Below, one piece after another: positions 24,429 to 30,347 of a stretch of DNA of 30,347 bases. The translations under genes and the position numbers were made by a program. The notes beneath the pieces were generated by a model, which made no database searches, was not told the DNA's origin, and was given only the letters and a program-made list of their open reading frames with translations. The stretch is from the NCBI GenBank assembly GCA_017394565.1, contig JAFPXW010000425.1:1-30347 (forward strand), written 5' to 3'. Position 1 is the first letter of the stretch. Each line of letters starts with the position of its first letter. This stretch comes from Oscillospiraceae bacterium. Lineage in GTDB: Bacteria > Bacillota > Clostridia > Oscillospirales > Ruminococcaceae.

Positions 24429-25631
24429 ATGAAGCGGCACAACTCGAAATTCCGTGTCGTCCTCGACCGCATCAAGCTTGTCCTTGCCCTGCTGACAATG
24501 CTGCTCATCACCTACCTGTTCACATTCTACCTGGACGCGGACGTAGGTGTCGTGGTGTTCGCATTCCTGCTCTTTGCACCAGCGCTTTCGGCACTTCTGG
24601 CATGGGTGGCTTCCCGGCGCATCCGGCTGACGATGCAGTCACCGGATACCGTCCAGAAAGGCTGTCATTTCGCCGTCAATGTCAAAGCGGAAGCAGTCGG
24701 ACGGCTGCCGGTCCCGTTTCTGAAACTCCGGCTCGGCACGGATGCCAATTTTCTTCCTGACGACGACCGCACGGTCCAGAGCGCGATGACACCTGCGGAA
24801 GTCCTGGAGATCCCGATGGGCTACAGTGCCTCCCACGCCGGAAGCGGCTCCCTCTGGGTGGAAACGCCTGTGATCGAGGATTACTTAGGGCTGTTCCGGT
24901 TCAGGATCCGGCAGCTTCCGGATCAGCTGCGCGTCGGCGTGATCCCGTCGATCCCGTCGCTGACCGGTGCAAACGTGATGCTTCGCACTGTCAGTGATGT
25001 GGTCCTGACCATGGACGAGGAGGAGGAGGAATCCTCAGCTTCGTTCACGAACCAGAGCCTACCGGGCTATGTACATCGCGATTATGTCCCCGGCGACAAC
25101 CTCCGGCGCATCAACTGGAAGCTTTCTGCCAAGCGCAACAAGCTCATGGTGCGTATGGATGAAGCCGCATCGGCTGTCCGTCCGACCGTCATTCTCGACC
25201 TTCGTCCCGAAAGCGGAGAGGAAGGCCTGAAACGGCGCGACACCATGCTGGAGGGCGCACTTGGATTCCTGATGCTGCTGGTGCGGCAGGGCGTGCCGTG
25301 CAGTCTGCGCTATGCGACCGACGGCGCCTGGAAATGCATCGAGCTTGACAGCGAGGATGCCGTCCGCATTGCTGCTGTGGAGCTTGCTTCTGCGGACTTC
25401 ATGAACAGCGGCAGCCGGCTCGATCCGTCGGCACTCACCGAAAAAGCCGGCGCTTATATGATTTTCACCACGCAGCCGGACGAACCCCTGGATGCGCAGC
25501 TCCACACGCTGAAAAACGAGGGCTACGTCTGCTGTGTATTTCCCGTATTTCCCGAAATCCCGGAGCTTTCCGGTGCGGATGCCCTGTGGCAGCTGTCGGA
25601 GGATCTCTCCATGACGGCTGTCCGGAAGTGA
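24429..25631 (+). CDS. DUF58 domain protein (MoxR partner)
   Basis: Two N-terminal TM helices, EDYLGLF, RDYVPGDNLRRINWKLSAK and TVILD. Starts 3 nt after moxR. Confidence 0.9.
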   Translation: MKRHNSKFRVVLDRIKLVLALLTMLLITYLFTFYLDADVGVVVFAFLLFAPALSALLAWVASRRIRLTMQSPDTVQKGCHFAVNVKAEAVGRLPVPFLKLRLGTDANFLPDDDRTVQSAMTPAEVLEIPMGYSASHAGSGSLWVETPVIEDYLGLFRFRIRQLPDQLRVGVIPSIPSLTGANVMLRTVSDVVLTMDEEEEESSASFTNQSLPGYVHRDYVPGDNLRRINWKLSAKRNKLMVRMDEAASAVRPTVILDLRPESGEEGLKRRDTMLEGALGFLMLLVRQGVPCSLRYATDGAWKCIELDSEDAVRIAAVELASADFMNSGSRLDPSALTEKAGAYMIFTTQPDEPLDAQLHTLKNEGYVCCVFPVFPEIPELSGADALWQLSEDLSMTAVRK

Positions 25632-25641
25632 GGTGCGGCGT

Positions 25642-27921
25642 ATGTGGGAAAAATGCAAAACACTGTCGCAGCACCCTGCGGCAAAGGCGCTCGCAAAATT
25701 CTGCGGCGATCCGGTACAGCTGTACTCCGTGTTCCTCATCATGACCGCGATGTACTACTACCACGAGTCCTTCAGCTGGCTCTACACGGTCATTGCACTG
25801 GGACTCTCCTTCGTACTGATGCGGTTTTATGATTTCGTCGCAAAACGCCGGCTGCTCGGCCCCCTGTGCTATGTCATCTTTCTGGCACTCGGCCTGTACG
25901 CCACCGGCATGATCACCAATCTCGGAAAGCAGAGCTACCCCATCAGCTTTATGGTGTGGTTCCTGACACCGCAGAGCGTTGTGGACTTCTCGATCCACTA
26001 CACGCTCGCCATCTATCTGCTGATGGTGGGATTCCTGACAAGTACGGTCTACTACTTCGCAAAGGTTCGCTACCGCATGGTCATGCAGCTCATCATCATG
26101 CTCATCCCCCTGAGCCTGTACGCGAAGGAAGGCATCCATATGCCGGCACTGCTGGTTTTCCTGCTGCTGGCAAGCTTCTTCCTGCTGATGGTCTACTGCC
26201 GTCAGCTCAAGCCCAATGCAGAGGTCCGGCAGATCACCAATCTCTCCGCCGGCGTTTCCATCGCATTCTATGTGGCAGCCTTCAGCGTGATCGCTGCCAT
26301 CATCCCGAAACCGCAGTTTGAAGCGGATCGTGAGTTCATTGATAACGCGATGTCCTACATGAGCTGGTCAGATGTCCTGATGAACGCCATCAGTATGTTC
26401 ACGGAATCGACCAACAACAATGTTTCCGTTTCCAACAACACGCGAACCATTTACTACGTCCAGGCGTCTGAACCGCTGCGGCTGCGCACGCAGACCTATA
26501 GTTATTATCTGGCAGACGACAGCTGGAATGTCATCTACGATTACGACCGGCCGGATCAGGAATATCACGACGGGCTGACCTATCAGCCGCGTGCGCTGAC
26601 ACAGGCGATCCTGGATGCGGCTGCGGCGGATGCGGATTTTGCCGGGAAATACGACCTGACTGACCTGAGCGGCACCGTGCTGCCGCCGCAGGATCTGCAA
26701 ACCGTCACATTCGTTTCGACATGGTACAATATCCCCGGCGTTCCTTCGCCGACACGTTCGGTCAGAATGACGGCACAGGCCCCCGGCAGCCCTAATGTCC
26801 CGCTCTCCTCTGTCAGAGTCTCCGGAAGCCGCACCATGCATATGAGTCTGCGCCGGGAGGTCCCGACCGTGTATTATTATTCTGATAATTTCGCACGCTA
26901 TCAGAACGAATCTGCGGTGCTTTCCAGGCTTTCCAACGACACCTACGAGGAGCTGCTGAACGATGCCGCAGATGTCCTGCGATCGGCCGGTCAGGAGGAA
27001 CAGTGCCTGACCATCACCAATGCCTTGCAGGAATTCACCGCCGCAGAACAGGAGCTTGCTGCCTGCGATGCACAGGATTATCATTCCGAGGTGATCGACG
27101 AGCTGGCTGCAAAGCTCACAGAGGGCAAGTCCTCCGATTTCGAGAAGGCTCTCGCCATCGAGCGCTATTTCACCAATGAGGGCTATGTCTACGACCTGTC
27201 CTTCCGGAAGGCTGACGGCGACAACATCGACGACTTCCTGACGACCAGCCACACGGGCGTTTGCTACGAGTATGCGACCGCCATGACACTGCTCTGCCGC
27301 AGTGCCGGACTCCCGACACGCTTTGTGCAGGGCTACAACATGGGCGAACAATACAATACCAGCTATCGCACCGATCTGGGAGACATCCAGCTCAATTACC
27401 TGATCAAAATGCGTGATGCCCACGCATTTCCGGAGGTTTACATCGCCGGTTACGGCTGGTGCAGCTTCGAGCCGACGGTTGCCGCTACAGAGGAGGTGGG
27501 GGACACCGCCCAGAACATGATCGTCATGCGCTGGGGCTATGTGCTTCTCCTGCTGATGCTCATCGCGATCGGCATCTGGGCGGCACTTCCCTATCTGCGG
27601 GAACGCCGCTTCCGCAAGGCACTTCCGCACAAGACCTCCGCACAGGCGGCGTCCGAGATGTTTGTCCGGATGCGCCAGACCATCCAATTGCCAGACAGCG
27701 CGACCGTTTGGGAGCTGAGTGACAGCTCTGCGCCGTTCTTTACGCGCAGGGAGCTGTTTTCCACGATGGATGCGCTTCTGTATAACCCGACAGAACAGAA
27801 TCTTATGACAGCACAGCAGCTTGCAGACAGCTATATCGAGTGGCAAGCACGACACAAGGCATATGAAAAGGAGCAGAAAAAGCTCAGAAAGGAGCAGAAG
27901 AAGGCCCATGTCAATGTATAA
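25642..27921 (+). CDS. Membrane-anchored transglutaminase-like domain protein (TgpA-like)
   Basis: Multiple N-terminal TM helices. Catalytic-type GVCYEYATAMTLLCRSAGLPTRFVQGY and HAFPEVYIAGYGWCSFEPT (Cys-His-Glu), then a C-terminal TM. SD GAGGTG favours ATG 25642. Confidence 0.9.
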   Translation: MWEKCKTLSQHPAAKALAKFCGDPVQLYSVFLIMTAMYYYHESFSWLYTVIALGLSFVLMRFYDFVAKRRLLGPLCYVIFLALGLYATGMITNLGKQSYPISFMVWFLTPQSVVDFSIHYTLAIYLLMVGFLTSTVYYFAKVRYRMVMQLIIMLIPLSLYAKEGIHMPALLVFLLLASFFLLMVYCRQLKPNAEVRQITNLSAGVSIAFYVAAFSVIAAIIPKPQFEADREFIDNAMSYMSWSDVLMNAISMFTESTNNNVSVSNNTRTIYYVQASEPLRLRTQTYSYYLADDSWNVIYDYDRPDQEYHDGLTYQPRALTQAILDAAAADADFAGKYDLTDLSGTVLPPQDLQTVTFVSTWYNIPGVPSPTRSVRMTAQAPGSPNVPLSSVRVSGSRTMHMSLRREVPTVYYYSDNFARYQNESAVLSRLSNDTYEELLNDAADVLRSAGQEEQCLTITNALQEFTAAEQELAACDAQDYHSEVIDELAAKLTEGKSSDFEKALAIERYFTNEGYVYDLSFRKADGDNIDDFLTTSHTGVCYEYATAMTLLCRSAGLPTRFVQGYNMGEQYNTSYRTDLGDIQLNYLIKMRDAHAFPEVYIAGYGWCSFEPTVAATEEVGDTAQNMIVMRWGYVLLLLMLIAIGIWAALPYLRERRFRKALPHKTSAQAASEMFVRMRQTIQLPDSATVWELSDSSAPFFTRRELFSTMDALLYNPTEQNLMTAQQLADSYIEWQARHKAYEKEQKKLRKEQKKAHVNV

Positions 27922-29119
27922 GGTCAAAGCAGCGATTGCAGGCGGCGTCCTGGCAGCCATGATGGCTGCAGCCGCACTCAGCGGTACCATCATCTCCGCG
28001 ATCAGCGACAATTCCTACAAAAGCTGGAAGCAGTACGGCGAAAGCTGGAGCAGCATGACGCTCGGTTCAAGCGGCGAGACCGTCGCAAGAAGCGGATGCG
28101 CCGTGACTTCGGCAGCTATGCTGATGGTAAAATCCGGTTCGGTGACAGACGACAGCTTCACTCCCGGAACGATCGTAGGCTATATGAGTTCGCACGGAGG
28201 ATTCACCTCCAGCGGCAGTATCAACTGGAATAAGCTCACCGATTATGCACCGAGTTTTGTCTACTGCGGCAAGTCCTCGCTCAGCGGCACACAGCAGCAG
28301 AAGGCAGAAAAGATGCAGAGCCTGATGGATCAGGGGTACTACCTGGCAGCCGTTGTCAAGAACGGCGGTCACTTCGTCGCCGTTGATTCCGTCAACGGAT
28401 CGAATGTCACCATGATGGATCCCGGCAGCCGTGCAACGTCACTGTTCGATCAGTACGCTGCATCCGGTGTGGTTTCCCTCCGCCCGTTCAAGGGCGCAAA
28501 TTCCACCGCCAAGGCATCCGAGATCACGGAAACCATCCCTGCGGAAACGACCGAACCCATCACAGAAACGGTAACGGAAGCCGTCACGACCGAAGTGACC
28601 ACGCTCTACACCACTGAGCCGGCCACCGAGGAAACGACCACGACGGAAGTTACCACCACGCAGACAGAAACCACAACCACTACTACCGAAACTGAGGTAA
28701 CGCAGACTACTACCACAACTGTGACCACGACGACCACCGTGCCTGTGACAACAGCGCCGACCGTCACCACAGCTGCGGCAGCAACGACGTTCTCCACCAC
28801 GGCAGAGGCGGTGACCGAGCCGACGGAGCCTGTGTATATCGCGCAGGACAAGACCGGCACGCAGAAAACCGTCATCCCGTCGCGTGCGGAAGCAGAGCTG
28901 TTCCGTGTCAACAACCAGAATATCTTCATGACGGTGCGTTTCACGACCACGGACAACCTCCACCTGCGGGAAGAGCCGAACACTAAGTCGGATATCCTGC
29001 TGGTGATCCCGGAGAATACAGCACTGGATGTTGTAGAGATCGACGAGGAATTCGCCTGGGGACGTGTTGCATATGACGGCAAGGAAGGGTGGATCTCACT
29101 CGACTTCGCCGGATTATAA
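27908..29119 (+). CDS. Secreted C39-like cysteine peptidase domain - Thr-rich linker - SH3b domain protein
   Basis: Signal peptide; RSGCAVTSAAML and GGHFVAVD (papain-like Cys/His/Asp); about 110-aa Thr/Glu/Pro linker; C-terminal LHLREEPNT...WGRVAYDGKEGWISLDF (SH3b). Overlaps the upstream gene by 14 nt. Confidence 0.82.
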   Translation: MSMYKVKAAIAGGVLAAMMAAAALSGTIISAISDNSYKSWKQYGESWSSMTLGSSGETVARSGCAVTSAAMLMVKSGSVTDDSFTPGTIVGYMSSHGGFTSSGSINWNKLTDYAPSFVYCGKSSLSGTQQQKAEKMQSLMDQGYYLAAVVKNGGHFVAVDSVNGSNVTMMDPGSRATSLFDQYAASGVVSLRPFKGANSTAKASEITETIPAETTEPITETVTEAVTTEVTTLYTTEPATEETTTTEVTTTQTETTTTTTETEVTQTTTTTVTTTTTVPVTTAPTVTTAAAATTFSTTAEAVTEPTEPVYIAQDKTGTQKTVIPSRAEAELFRVNNQNIFMTVRFTTTDNLHLREEPNTKSDILLVIPENTALDVVEIDEEFAWGRVAYDGKEGWISLDFAGL

Positions 29120-29144
29120 TCATAATTTTCATATGCCTAAAGCA

Positions 29145-29180
29145 GTTGAAAGCGGAGCTTTTCGCTCCGCTTTCAGCTAT
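29145..29180 (+). terminator. Terminator of the moxR operon
   Basis: GTTGAAAGCGGAGC and GCTCCGCTTTCAGC form a 14-bp stem with one G-U pair. Confidence 0.75.
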
Positions 29181-29188
29181 ATCTTCAG

Positions 29189-29217
29189 TTGACACGACTG
29201 CAAAGTGCAGTTAAAAT
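29189..29217 (+). promoter_or_regulatory. Sigma-A promoter for prmA
   Basis: TTGACA (29189-29194), 17 bp, TAAAAT (29212-29217). Confidence 0.8.
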
Positions 29218-29247
29218 TATATTTTACATTGTATCAGGAGGAACATC

Positions 29248-30216
29248 ATGGACTGGTTTGAAGTCACCATCAAAACCGAAACACCCGCTGTGGATGCACT
29301 GTGTGCCATGCTCACAGACCACGGTGTCAAGGGCTTTTCCATTCAGGACAAGGAAAGCTTTCAGGAATTTCTCGACGACAAGGACGGCAAGTGGGATTAC
29401 ATCGAGGACGACCTCATGGGGCTTGCGGAGTGCGACACGACGGTCACGTTCTATCTGCCCGACGATGCACAGGGCGCGGAACAACTCTCCGGCGTGCGCG
29501 GGCTTTGCGAGAATCTCCGCAATGGCGAAAATGCCGCGCTGTTCGGCTCGCTCGAAATGACCATCGGCAATGTCAAGGAGGACGACTGGGCGAACAACTG
29601 GAAGCAGTACTTCAAGCCGCTGCAGATCGGCGAAAAGCTCCTCATCAAGCCCTCCTGGGAGCCGATCCCCGAAGGGAACACCCGCACGATCCTCGAAATT
29701 GATCCGGCGTCAAGCTTCGGCACCGGTCAGCATCACACCACACGGCTCTGCCTGGAGCTTGCAGAGAGTGTCCTGCACGACGGCGACCGCGTCCTCGACC
29801 TCGGCTGCGGCAGCGGCATCCTGTCCATTGGCACGCTCCTGCTGGGTGCATCGTCCGCGACGGCGGTGGACATTGTGGATAATTCCGTCCGCACCGCCAT
29901 CGAGAACGCCGGCAAGAACGGCATCGGCGCTGACCGCTACACGGCTTACTGCGGCGACATCATCAGCGACACCGACCTGCGTGAGAAGCTCGGCACGGGC
30001 TATGACCTGATCTGCGCAAATATCGTTGCGGACGTGCTGATCGCGATGTCCGGGCTGTTCGGCGGCTTCCTGAAGGCGCAGGGCTACCTCATCGTGTCCG
30101 GCATCATCACGGAACGTGCGGACGAGGTGCTGAATGTGCTGGAAAGCGCCGGCTTCCGGCTGCTCAAGAAGCACGAGAAGGAAGGCTGGTGCGCGGCACT
30201 GTTACAGGCAGAGTAA
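29248..30216 (+). CDS. prmA: Ribosomal protein L11 methyltransferase
   Basis: DDWANNWKQYFKP, IDPASSFGTGQHHTT, VLDLGCGSGILSI, ANIVADV, LIVSGII; SD AGGAGG. Confidence 0.96.
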   Translation: MDWFEVTIKTETPAVDALCAMLTDHGVKGFSIQDKESFQEFLDDKDGKWDYIEDDLMGLAECDTTVTFYLPDDAQGAEQLSGVRGLCENLRNGENAALFGSLEMTIGNVKEDDWANNWKQYFKPLQIGEKLLIKPSWEPIPEGNTRTILEIDPASSFGTGQHHTTRLCLELAESVLHDGDRVLDLGCGSGILSIGTLLLGASSATAVDIVDNSVRTAIENAGKNGIGADRYTAYCGDIISDTDLREKLGTGYDLICANIVADVLIAMSGLFGGFLKAQGYLIVSGIITERADEVLNVLESAGFRLLKKHEKEGWCAALLQAE

Positions 30217-30255
30217 CCCCCCTTTGGTAAGAATTTTCCTCATCGAAATACAGAC

Positions 30256-30299
30256 AAGCCCACAAAACGCTCAGGATGCGCTCTGTGGGCTTTCTCTTT
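30256..30299 (+). terminator. Terminator after prmA
   Basis: AAGCCCACA and TGTGGGCTT form the stem, with an inner CGC/GCG pair and a TCTCTTT tail. Confidence 0.65.
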
Positions 30300-30347
30300 G
30301 CCTGGCCGTGAAGTTTGACACAGATTTCTCCAAACGTCATACAGAGC

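Overview
About 30 kb of chromosomal DNA from a high-GC, cellulosome-producing Ruminococcus-like bacterium (Oscillospiraceae). The assignment rests on a GH9-CBM3c-dockerin enzyme, Firmicutes sigma-A promoters and SD sites. Gene order: NfeD-like (partial), flotillin, AT-rich GNAT cassette, AIM24, TPR protein, 962-aa Pro/Ala-rich putative scaffold, cellulosomal GH9, probable 6S RNA, DUF1292, orphan OppA-like lipoprotein, two type IV pilins, DHHW-family lipoprotein, DnaA-box-like cluster, small membrane protein, rlmB, degenerate P1B-ATPase-like membrane protein, palindrome-packed MITE-like element, LCP, TPM lipoprotein, MoxR-DUF58-transglutaminase-C39/SH3b operon, prmA. No CRISPR array, rRNA, tRNA, transposase or integrase was seen. 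Best leads: (i) an apparently catalytically dead P1B-type ATPase; (ii) a Zn-finger plus repeat-motif disordered scaffold; (iii) a 186-bp TATA-ended element with six perfect hairpins; (iv) a GNAT cassette lying between the two arms of a split terminator; (v) a DnaA-box cluster away from dnaA; (vi) a Bacteroidales-like first 1.2 kb that changes codon style inside the flotillin gene (possible chimera). All family calls come from motif recognition by eye; no database searches were run.
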